Part shown: positions 18,705 to 26,045 of the stretch, one piece after another | How positions within the stretch are numbered: position 1 is the first letter of the stretch | Layout: each line of letters starts with the position of its first letter | DNA from: a virus | Lineage: Duplodnaviria > Caudoviricetes | Virus record (IMG/VR): IMGVR_UViG_3300034357_000152 | Span: 1 to 27,922 of that record | Length of the DNA: 27,922 nucleotides | Reading direction: 5' to 3' (one strand) | Translations under genes and position numbers: made by a program | The notes under the pieces: generated by a model | Database searches by the model: none | The model's input: the letters and a program-made list of their open reading frames with translations, nothing else | Told to the model about the DNA's origin: nothing

Positions 18705-18710
18705 GTGTTT

Positions 18711-19100
18711 TTATGCCACTGTCAAAGCCAATGCACTCGCGTTAAATTTCACCTCATCCCCCGTTGCAATGGTCTTACTTGCCGTCAACGCGCCTGCAAA
18801 TAACATATTTCCACCCGTGATGGTATCAAACACTGCCACGTGCGTAGCCGTTGCGCCCGATGCTGCACTTGATGTAATCGTAATCGCTGCCGTGTTCGTC
18901 AATGTCCCTGCGCCACCTGTTCCCCGTGTCCATCCACCTGCTGCAACGGCTATGCGTGTGTACAAAGCACCTGTGGCAGAGCCTGCATCAGTTGGGTCTT
19001 GTGAATACAATTGGACAAAGGTAGACGTGGGAGCGGAAGCGAAGGTTGAGCCGTTTATCCACCCTGTGATTTGGTCTTCTAAATAATTTGAAAATGCCAT
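18711..19100 (-). CDS. Small phage fibre/appendage-associated structural protein (Gp80-like)
   Basis: FSNYLE..I, LY..DPTDAG, Y.R.AV, TNTAAI, THVAVFD..TGGNMLF.GAL..SKTI.TGD...F; a widespread virion protein family. Confidence 0.7.
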   Translation of the reverse strand: MAFSNYLEDQITGWINGSTFASAPTSTFVQLYSQDPTDAGSATGALYTRIAVAAGGWTRGTGGAGTLTNTAAITITSSAASGATATHVAVFDTITGGNMLFAGALTASKTIATGDEVKFNASALALTVA

Positions 19101-19119
19101 GATATTTATTTTTTGTTTA

Positions 19120-19359
19120 TTAATTTAATTCTGGGTAAATCACTGTAAATTCAATTGGTTCGCCCAAAACAGGAAGCAAGGTTTCATCGTAAATAATGTA
19201 CCAAAATTGAGGGTCGTTTAATTCTGCAAATTGGTAATCTACCCAATTTTGAGTTACATCATTTGGATTCAAAGGAATGCCATAGTATTCATTGCATTGC
19301 AACTTTGCCTCAATGGCTTGGTTCTCCGTTGTATATTTGTAGCCTTTAATAGATTGCAT
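19120..19359 (-). CDS. Small acidic hypothetical protein (possible chaperone or partner of the LamG domain)
   Basis: 79 aa; overlaps the end of the 596-aa gene. Confidence 0.65.
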   Translation of the reverse strand: MQSIKGYKYTTENQAIEAKLQCNEYYGIPLNPNDVTQNWVDYQFAELNDPQFWYIIYDETLLPVLGEPIEFTVIYPELN

Positions 19360-21136
19360 AATATGTGTTTATATTTGTTTCTATTCCTGTTCGATTTGTG
19401 GATTGGTAGCTATCCCATATAATTGCTTCGTTGGTTCTTATATCACTACCGCTTGCATTATTAAGCATAATTGAGTTAACTTGTGAATTAGTAGTTGGTG
19501 ATATGGTTAATGATGTGTTTTGAGCATTTAAAGCACCGTTACGATAGTGCTGTTGTTGTACAGAACCTTGAATGTATGCTCCTAAGAGAAAATAAGCATT
19601 ATTGGCGGTAGCGTTTACTCCAATTGAATTACTTGATGCTCCACTACCAACATTACTTTTTATTATATTGCTATTATTAAATTGTCCAATTAAACCATTT
19701 ACTAAAGTATCTGCACCACCAGCCAGAGCTCCTAAGTATACTTTATAACTTGCTATGGCATTTGTCACATTATATAAAGTAATTAAATAAGTCCTATTTG
19801 CAGATAAAGAGAATGATGGAGTATTTAAAACCTGAGCGCTTGATGTGAATCTCATAATCGGTCTACCGCCTTGGGTTAGTAATGTTCCGCTTACTACTAT
19901 TTGCGGCTGATTTGCCGCGGTTGATTGTGTTGCGTTATTTGCATTCCCACTTTGGTCATACCACGTTGTTACAAAGCCATTACCAACTCCACAAAAGGTT
20001 GTTAATGCTGATTCATCCAAATTACCACTTACAAAACCAATATCTTGTTCTGTGTTATCACTTGACCTCCTAACCCTTATTGCACTTCCTGCATAAGCCG
20101 TGCGCAATTTACGCAAAGAATAAGCCGCTCCTGCATTTGGATATAAATCAAGTAAAAATGAAGCAGATGAAGTCACCGTCAAATTCGCTGCCGTTGTCCC
20201 TGCCCCTGTCAAAGATGCACTTGCTAACTTTGATACTAAGGCACTTGCAGCAAGGGAGTTAGATGAAGTGAGTGAGGATGCTAAGTTCTTTGCAATGGTT
20301 GCATTGGATACCAATGTGCCATTTGCATTTAAAGATGATTCAAAAGTCTTTGCAATTTTCAAGTCACTTACCAATGTTCCATTTGCGTTTAATAAAGATT
20401 CAAAAGTCTTTGCTATTTTTAAATCACTATTCAATAAACTTGATGCCATTATACTTGATTCCATTGTCTTTGCAAGTTGCAAATTGGAAATCAAGGAAGA
20501 GGAAGTGTCTAAACTTGATGCAACTTTTTGAACGAAGGAAATGTCAGCCGTCACCGTTGCCCTGCCTTCCAAGCTTGCGGCAAATTTCAACACCGTGGTC
20601 AATGATGCGGTTAAGTTGCTCGATGTTACAATGTTGGCAATGCACTGAACCAATGCGATAACGCCTGGCTCACAGTTGGTCGGTACAACCAAGTTGAAGC
20701 TAAGTTGCACGGTAATCATTCTTTGAAGCCCCGTAAAGGAATCAAAGGTAATCGACGGCGCTTCGGGAATAAAAAGGTAATTGGGTAAAATGCTTTGTTT
20801 TATCTTGTTCAACCTTTGTACAAAGTAATTTGCATATTGTTGAAGATTTGCCCATTTGTCAATTTGTAACGTCGGGTCTTCGTCGCCTTCATTATCATAT
20901 CCAAGTAAATCGTCAAAGAACAAGGTCACTTGATACGTGTCTTGTTTCCTTGTTTGGTCTGAGCCTGTTATCGTTGGCACGGCAAAGAAGACGCGCGGGA
21001 ACTCGTTCAACTCCTGAAAGTCCTCAGTGTTTCCTTGTCGAACACGGTCGGAAGCCCAACCGAAATTGTAGCTTTTTATCGCCGTTATATTATCCGCGGT
21101 ATCCTTGAAAATGTCGCTTATTTCCCTAATATTCAT
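19346..21136 (-). CDS. Tail terminator-like domain fused via 20-aa repeats to an arabinofuranosidase-B-catalytic/LamG-like domain
   Basis: Residues about 1-155 are terminator-like (FPRVFF, YQVTLFFDDL, VQLSFNLVVP..C). Residues 168-327 are repeats. From about 328: AAYSLRKLR.AY.G.AIRVRRSSDNTEQDIGF...FVTTWYDQSGN. Confidence 0.7.
   Translation of the reverse strand: MNIREISDIFKDTADNITAIKSYNFGWASDRVRQGNTEDFQELNEFPRVFFAVPTITGSDQTRKQDTYQVTLFFDDLLGYDNEGDEDPTLQIDKWANLQQYANYFVQRLNKIKQSILPNYLFIPEAPSITFDSFTGLQRMITVQLSFNLVVPTNCEPGVIALVQCIANIVTSSNLTASLTTVLKFAASLEGRATVTADISFVQKVASSLDTSSSLISNLQLAKTMESSIMASSLLNSDLKIAKTFESLLNANGTLVSDLKIAKTFESSLNANGTLVSNATIAKNLASSLTSSNSLAASALVSKLASASLTGAGTTAANLTVTSSASFLLDLYPNAGAAYSLRKLRTAYAGSAIRVRRSSDNTEQDIGFVSGNLDESALTTFCGVGNGFVTTWYDQSGNANNATQSTAANQPQIVVSGTLLTQGGRPIMRFTSSAQVLNTPSFSLSANRTYLITLYNVTNAIASYKVYLGALAGGADTLVNGLIGQFNNSNIIKSNVGSGASSNSIGVNATANNAYFLLGAYIQGSVQQQHYRNGALNAQNTSLTISPTTNSQVNSIMLNNASGSDIRTNEAIIWDSYQSTNRTGIETNINTYYAIY
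20156..20635 (-). repeat. About 8 degenerate 60-bp (20-aa) tandem repeats
   Basis: e.g. LLNANGTLVSDLKIAKTFES / SLNANGTLVSNATIAKNLAS; the 60-nt rows at 20281, 20341 and 20401 align in register. Confidence 0.9.
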
Positions 21137-21411
21137 TTTTTACTTTGCTTTTGTATTTCATGATACAAGTTATCCTCAGCCGCTTTGGACGCAAGGTATT
21201 GAAATACCTCGTACAAATTTGCCCTTTCGCTTGATTGTAAGGGCGTCAACCCTGCCAAGTTAAACAAGCCGCACTCAGCTATTTTTTTAATCGTCAAGTA
21301 CCAACCGTATTTGTCATTCAATTGTCTTGAAGCGCTGGCATACTTTCCATCGCCTTTTTGAGCATAGAGGTCTGCAAATCTACTTGATAACTCTCGCTTA
21401 ACTTCGTCAAA
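21133..21411 (-). CDS. -1 frameshift extension ('T' part) of the tail assembly chaperone-like gene
   Basis: The -1 frame is open from the T9 run (FDEVKRELSSRFADLY...LNDKYGWY...) to the stop at 21133. The stand-alone 62-aa ORF has only a TTG start. Confidence 0.75.
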   Translation of the reverse strand, partial: FDEVKRELSSRFADLYAQKGDGKYASASRQLNDKYGWYLTIKKIAECGLFNLAGLTPLQSSERANLYEVFQYLASKAAEDNLYHEIQKQSKK

Positions 21412-22211
21412 AAAAAACCAATTTCAAAGCCAACTTGTAAAGGCAATTTTAAAAAGTCAAGACAATTCCTTTGAAAAACCTCGTCGCTATATGCCTCGTC
21501 CTTCTTCCTGAGCAACACGGCTATAACATGAAGCAAGCCCTGTGCGTCATTGTTTTCAATCGCCTTGCGCCCCTTGTCAAATTGGGCTGCTTCCGCGAAT
21601 TCAAGTAACGTGGACTTTGCCATTAGCTTATCAGGAAGATAATACAAAGTGCCATTGAAGTCGTAAATCTGTTTATACTTAAGTTCTTCGGGAACGCTAA
21701 TCGCATTGAGTATCTTTGAAAACATGAAGGTTAAATATTTCAGCTCCAGACTTTCCGCAACTTTGCCATAACAAGCATCTAAAGGAATGCCCGTGAAATA
21801 GTTTACCACCTTTGCCATGTACGGGTATTTTACCTGAGCCTCCCAGACTTCGTCCATGATTTCAAAACACTTGTCTAATGCCTTTTGATTTACGTTGAAT
21901 TGGTCAATCAATGCTGGAAGGAAACGGCGCACATTGTCTTTGACATTATCTGTCAAAAGGATTATTTCACATTCTTGAACCACGTCCGCCCACAACTTAT
22001 TCAAGTCAATGCCAATTTTCTTTGCATACGGTTTAATTTTTTCATACGCCGCGTTCATTTGCTTTTGTGCAACAAGGGCATCAAGTTCAACCTCGGGGTA
22101 TTGAGGTAGGATAAATTTATGGAAGTAAACGTATTGTTCCAATGTTATATCAGCTGCGGTCTCAGGATAAAAATACTTTGTATCGGAGTGGCTTAAATGA
22201 AATTGTACCAT
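21318..22211 (-). CDS. Tail assembly chaperone-like protein ('G' part)
   Basis: DITLEQY near the N-terminus, TLLEFAEA, LLHVIAVLLR and LPL......GFF; slippery GGT TTT TTT TTG near the 3' end. Confidence 0.65.
   Translation of the reverse strand: MVQFHLSHSDTKYFYPETAADITLEQYVYFHKFILPQYPEVELDALVAQKQMNAAYEKIKPYAKKIGIDLNKLWADVVQECEIILLTDNVKDNVRRFLPALIDQFNVNQKALDKCFEIMDEVWEAQVKYPYMAKVVNYFTGIPLDACYGKVAESLELKYLTFMFSKILNAISVPEELKYKQIYDFNGTLYYLPDKLMAKSTLLEFAEAAQFDKGRKAIENNDAQGLLHVIAVLLRKKDEAYSDEVFQRNCLDFLKLPLQVGFEIGFFLTKLSESYQVDLQTSMLKKAMESMPALQDN
21409..21417 (-). other. Candidate -1 frameshift site (T9; T TTT TTT)
   Basis: An X XXY YYZ heptamer in the correct phase; the -1 frame has a TGA two codons upstream and is open downstream. 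Confidence 0.75.
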
Positions 22212-22510
22212 TATTTTCGCTTGCTTTTTCTTATTGGTTCTGGAATATTATCTGCGATGCTTGCGCTCGGCTCAATGTTCTTTTGATTTTCATTAACCTT
22301 TGGGGTTAATACTTTTTCATGGCTCACCAATGGCAATGATTCAGGTCTTTTTAATTCCCTGTACCTTCCTGTGCCAGTCAAACGAACCGCCTTTTCCAAG
22401 TGAGAACGAAGCAAAAGAAGTTGTTTCCTTTTCATTGGGTGTTCCTGTATCTCTTTGGTTATTTCCTCAATCAAGTGAATGATGTAAACCGCCTTTTCGT
22501 TGTTTGTCAT
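22211..22510 (-). CDS. Hypothetical protein (MTNNEKA..., 99 aa)
   Basis: Start reassigned to ATG 22510 (ATGA overlap with the upstream stop). Confidence 0.7.
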   Translation of the reverse strand: MTNNEKAVYIIHLIEEITKEIQEHPMKRKQLLLLRSHLEKAVRLTGTGRYRELKRPESLPLVSHEKVLTPKVNENQKNIEPSASIADNIPEPIRKSKRK

Positions 22511-22749
22511 TTCGTTATGATATTTTTTAAATGCAATTCCACTTCGCACCAGTACGCCGTGTTTTCGTCCACGTCTGAGCCAAGTTGTCCGCAAATCGTT
22601 TGATTGTTACTTATGATTATGTCGGTCAAAAGCAAAGCTATTTTCTTTGCCTCAAGCCAACTGTCGTATTCACCCGTTACCACGTGTCGATAAGGCAATG
22701 TGTCGTAAATTATCAAATGCAATTCCCTTGCTTTTTCCTGAGCCGTCAT
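22507..22749 (-). CDS. MTxxEKA-family small protein, copy 3
   Basis: MTAQEKAREL...AKKIAL...YWCEV. Confidence 0.8.
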   Translation of the reverse strand: MTAQEKARELHLIIYDTLPYRHVVTGEYDSWLEAKKIALLLTDIIISNNQTICGQLGSDVDENTAYWCEVELHLKNIITK

Positions 22750-22973
22750 ATATTTTCTATTTCGTGTTCAACTTCTTCCCACCAATAATATTCAGCTTCG
22801 CTGCCAGGTACCATAATTCTCCACTTTTGTTTCAAGACCTCCCGTACCGCATACAAGGCGCTTTGCTTTGCAAGGATGGAGACAAGGATCTCTTGCCCAA
22901 GTTCGCCTCCGATGCTTTGAATAAGGTTGTGATAATGGGTAAATAATTCGTCTGCTTTTTCTTTCGGGGTCAT
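22746..22973 (-). CDS. MTxxEKA-family small protein, copy 2
   Basis: MTPKEKADEL...AKQSAL.AV.E...WWEEVEHEIENI. Confidence 0.8.
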   Translation of the reverse strand: MTPKEKADELFTHYHNLIQSIGGELGQEILVSILAKQSALYAVREVLKQKWRIMVPGSEAEYYWWEEVEHEIENI

Positions 22974-23188
22974 AATTTTTCAAGTTCTTGTTTAACTTCT
23001 TTCCAATAATTAATGGAAGGGGATGTGTCATGTGTAGCCGTTAAAAGATAATGGATTTTTATTAACTCATCCACGGCAACCAAGGCGCATTTTTTAGCAT
23101 TATTTTTTTTCATGTTATCGCCTAAAAATGAGGTTATTTCATTCCTGAACTTATCAATTAACTCCTCTGCTTTTTCTTTTGGTGTCAT
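22970..23188 (-). CDS. MTxxEKA-family small protein, copy 1 (72 aa)
   Basis: MTPKEKAEEL...AKKCALVAVDE...YWKEVKQELEKL; start reassigned to ATG 23188. Confidence 0.8.
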   Translation of the reverse strand: MTPKEKAEELIDKFRNEITSFLGDNMKKNNAKKCALVAVDELIKIHYLLTATHDTSPSINYWKEVKQELEKL

Positions 23189-23195
23189 AGTTTTT

Positions 23196-24425
23196 TTAGT
23201 TGTGCGCAAGTGAATCCGAGCCTTGCATTAAACGAAGCGAGGCATAGCGAACTCCGTCAAGCCCGTGCTGATGCATATCCATTGGCGTTGAAGATTTCTT
23301 GTCATTCCAAATATAATTCCTTAATTCAAACTTTAAATTATACGATTCCTCAGTAACCACAATGGTAAAATCAAGCATTCGTTTTATTCCGTCAACCACG
23401 CTGCCAGCGTACTTTTCCGTCTTATGTACATTGATACCATTTGAGATAAGCGCGTCAATCAAACGTGGTTCGCTCGTGTCCGCAACAATCATGGCATCGG
23501 TTTCAACCTCATTCCTAATCTTTGTTACAACCATGTCATACGAAAGGCTTTGTTCGTAAATGATTTCCTTCACATAAATCTTATTTGCCGTGTTATCAAC
23601 CGCAACTTTGACAAGTGCCAAGGGGTCTGGATAAAATCCGAAGTCAAGCCCGTAGGCAAAAGGTAGGCTTGTATCAAATTCGCCCTCCACCCAGTTTGGA
23701 AATATTACGCCCTGTTTCTTATCCAGCCACTTCCCTAAAAACCTGTGCGCGTATGCCTCAGGTGACTTGCTTTTAATTGCCTCAATCTTTGCAATGTAAT
23801 CCTTGCTTATGTTATGGTAATTATCAAGGTACGTGGTATGAATGTGGGTTATATCTGGGTGCGTACTTATCGGGATCGAATGCCCATCAATCGTCTCCAT
23901 GCGATGCGACTTTTCAAACCACCTCTTCCAAATCCAATGCTCCACGTCTTGCGGGTTCATGACAAGGATAACAAGGTTAGGAGTATCAGGCATACGAATG
24001 GATTCGTCAATGGTATCGAAGTCCTTTTCGCTTACAAATTCCTCAGCCTCATCGACAATGAAAACATTTAACCCGGGTATCGACTTTAACTTTGCCGTTT
24101 GATTTCCTGAACTTGTTTTAATACCGGAAAAGATTATTTCACTCTTTGTCACCTTGTGACCAATTTGCGTGTTGGTCATATTGAACTCGTCACCAACGCC
24201 AAGCAAATCAATCTTTTCACGGAACTCAGGAATCACGGAAATATTTGCACTTGATAACGTGTAACGGGTAAACAACACCTTCCAATTCTTGTAAGCAAGT
24301 AACATATTGCAAGCCCAAAGCCCCACGGTGAATGACTTTGCCGAACCACGCCCACCAGTGATGAGGAAGTAACGCGTCTGCGGTTGCCAAAGGGCTTGAT
24401 ATTTGTTACTAACTTTTATCTCCAT
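23196..24425 (-). CDS. terL: Terminase large subunit (PBSX/SPP1-like)
   Basis: Walker A GGRGSAKS, Walker B FIVDEAEE, MNP, HTTYLDN, and nuclease motifs GLDFGF..DP and HGLDGVRY. Confidence 0.95.
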   Translation of the reverse strand: MEIKVSNKYQALWQPQTRYFLITGGRGSAKSFTVGLWACNMLLAYKNWKVLFTRYTLSSANISVIPEFREKIDLLGVGDEFNMTNTQIGHKVTKSEIIFSGIKTSSGNQTAKLKSIPGLNVFIVDEAEEFVSEKDFDTIDESIRMPDTPNLVILVMNPQDVEHWIWKRWFEKSHRMETIDGHSIPISTHPDITHIHTTYLDNYHNISKDYIAKIEAIKSKSPEAYAHRFLGKWLDKKQGVIFPNWVEGEFDTSLPFAYGLDFGFYPDPLALVKVAVDNTANKIYVKEIIYEQSLSYDMVVTKIRNEVETDAMIVADTSEPRLIDALISNGINVHKTEKYAGSVVDGIKRMLDFTIVVTEESYNLKFELRNYIWNDKKSSTPMDMHQHGLDGVRYASLRLMQGSDSLAHN

Positions 24426-24649
24426 TTAAAAGCATCCTTAATTTCTGTTTCTTCAAAAACGCCTTTTGCACCGTAAAGGACAAAGCCAACAATGAACAAA
24501 AGAAAGAGGCAAACATAACTTAATGGATTAAAAGGATTCCAACGTCTTTTTTCAACCATATACATTTTATGATTTGGCAATTCTTTTGTAAATTGAATTA
24601 CACTTAAAAACATTAAAATTTTTCTAATATTAAACATTATACTATACAT
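24416..24649 (-). CDS. Small membrane protein between terS and terL
   Basis: RRWNPFNPLSY followed by hydrophobic VCLFLLFIVGFVLYGA; AT-rich; overlaps both terminase genes. Confidence 0.65.
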   Translation of the reverse strand: MYSIMFNIRKILMFLSVIQFTKELPNHKMYMVEKRRWNPFNPLSYVCLFLLFIVGFVLYGAKGVFEETEIKDAFKWR

Positions 24650-24953
24650 TATTTTCCTTTGTAAATATAATCGTTGGCACGGTCACCTTTTCCCCCTGTG
24701 TCGTGATGTCAATGTTTTGCTTGCTTTTCCCGTATGCACGGTCAAGGAGCAACTGAGCCGCCTTGATGTCACCCTTTGCCGCCTGTTCACGAAGCTTCAT
24801 GATAATAGCTTCGGCTGCCGTGATACCGTCCTTTTCCTGTCCCATGACATTTGCCATAATCAAGTCAAGGGCTGGGAGTTTCTTAGGGCGTCCGTTGGGG
24901 TTGCCTGTTTCTCCTTTTTTCCAACGTGGTTCAATCTTTCCTCTTCCTCCCAT
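24642..24953 (-). CDS. terS: Terminase small subunit (DUF5681-like, 103 aa)
   Basis: WKKGETGNPNGRPK, A.KGDIKAAQLLLDRAYGK and DITTQGE; upstream of terL; start reassigned to ATG 24953. Confidence 0.82.
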   Translation of the reverse strand: MGGRGKIEPRWKKGETGNPNGRPKKLPALDLIMANVMGQEKDGITAAEAIIMKLREQAAKGDIKAAQLLLDRAYGKSKQNIDITTQGEKVTVPTIIFTKENNV

Positions 24954-24973
24954 TTCGTTGTTATTTCGTTGTT
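24952..24973. repeat. Exact 11-bp tandem repeat at the terS start
   Basis: - strand AACAACGAAAT AACAACGAAAT G. Confidence 0.85.
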
Positions 24974-25434
24974 TTGTATTCAAAAGATACTGTAATCCTA
25001 TTTTCTGAACCAGATGAAATATTGCCAACATTTCTTTTTAAATCTCCTTTATTAGGTTTGCTTCTTCCAAAAGTTTTACAAATCCATTCTTTTTGTTTTT
25101 TCAAAGAATAAATTAAATTAGGTTGAGATGTTGAAATACTAAATCTATGTTTTTCTTTATTGTAAACTTTTGCAATCTGATTTAAAATTGTACTTCCAAT
25201 TCCTAAACCTTGATAATCAGGAAGAACAACAAGTCTATGAACCTTTTTCATATTTTTTAAAAAAGGATGCGGAAAATGTAAAACGCTAATAAATCCAGCT
25301 ATTTCATTATTTACCATGCAGATAAAAACATTTGCTGCATTATTATGACTTGAACTTAAATAGTGATACTTACTAAACATTTTCCATATTGATTTATCTG
25401 TTGCTTGAAATAATTCAAATTTAATGTCAGGTCT
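24961..25434 (-). CDS. GNAT acyltransferase (Mom-like), reached by a -1 shift from the ABC ATPase or from ATG 25380
   Basis: FSKYHYL and acyl-CoA-binding HRLVVLPDYQGLGIG; the frame extends upstream (RPDIKFELFQATDKSIWK) exactly to the A9 run. Confidence 0.82.
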   Translation of the reverse strand, partial: RPDIKFELFQATDKSIWKMFSKYHYLSSSHNNAANVFICMVNNEIAGFISVLHFPHPFLKNMKKVHRLVVLPDYQGLGIGSTILNQIAKVYNKEKHRFSISTSQPNLIYSLKKQKEWICKTFGRSKPNKGDLKRNVGNISSGSENRITVSFEYKTTK

Positions 25435-26045
25435 TTTTTTTTATCAGAATGCTTTATAAAAGTCATTGTGTCGGTGTTAAAAACCCAATCAGGCATCAAC
25501 CATTCCTCTATATCAAAATGACATGATACCGCTATAAACTTTTTATCTGTTTTCCTGATTGCTTTCTGAGTGGCAAATGACCCAATCTTTGCAATCTGTC
25601 TATCTACAACGCTCGTAAATTCATCGAATACAAATAAATCATTCTTTTGCAATATCGCGTTGGCTAAATCCACCCTCATTTTTTCTCCATTACTCAAAAC
25701 ATGATAAGGTTTTAACCAACTTGGGGGCGTACTAAATCCAACGCTACTAAAAGTGTTTGTGATTTCTTCGATGGAACAATCTTTAGGCATATCGTCTAAT
25801 ATGCTTTCGCTTTTATAATTAAAATTAGTAATATAACTTTCTGGAAACAACTGTTTTGCAATCGTTGTTTTTCCTGTTCCACTTTTACCAACTATTAAAC
25901 CAATTTGCCAATCATCATCAATATCAATACTACCTTTAAACCTTTCGGTTATATGGTTACTTTGTAAATCAAATCTTCCGATTACACTTGCAATGCGAAA
26001 AGATTCTTTTGGCTTGATTTCTTTTATAATGTCAAAAGTCGGCAT
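25356..26045 (-). CDS. Soluble ABC-family ATPase
   Basis: Walker A GKSGTGKT, signature LSNGE, Walker B VFDEF, H-loop VSCH; no permease nearby. Confidence 0.9.
   Translation of the reverse strand: MPTFDIIKEIKPKESFRIASVIGRFDLQSNHITERFKGSIDIDDDWQIGLIVGKSGTGKTTIAKQLFPESYITNFNYKSESILDDMPKDCSIEEITNTFSSVGFSTPPSWLKPYHVLSNGEKMRVDLANAILQKNDLFVFDEFTSVVDRQIAKIGSFATQKAIRKTDKKFIAVSCHFDIEEWLMPDWVFNTDTMTFIKHSDKKKDLTLNLNYFKQQINQYGKCLVSITI
25434..25442 (-). other. Candidate -1 frameshift/slippage site (A9; A AAA AAA)
   Basis: GAT AAA AAA AAA GAC; the -1 frame reads TGA TAA AAA AAA AGA CCT..., so it opens exactly at the run. Confidence 0.7.

Noticed and set aside
20156-20635. 60-bp periodic repeats as a possible CRISPR array
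   Set aside because: Degenerate, in-frame coding repeats with no constant repeat and unique spacer structure.
25356-26045. ABC transporter
   Set aside because: No permease or solute-binding gene nearby; context and the GNAT linkage indicate a soluble ATPase.
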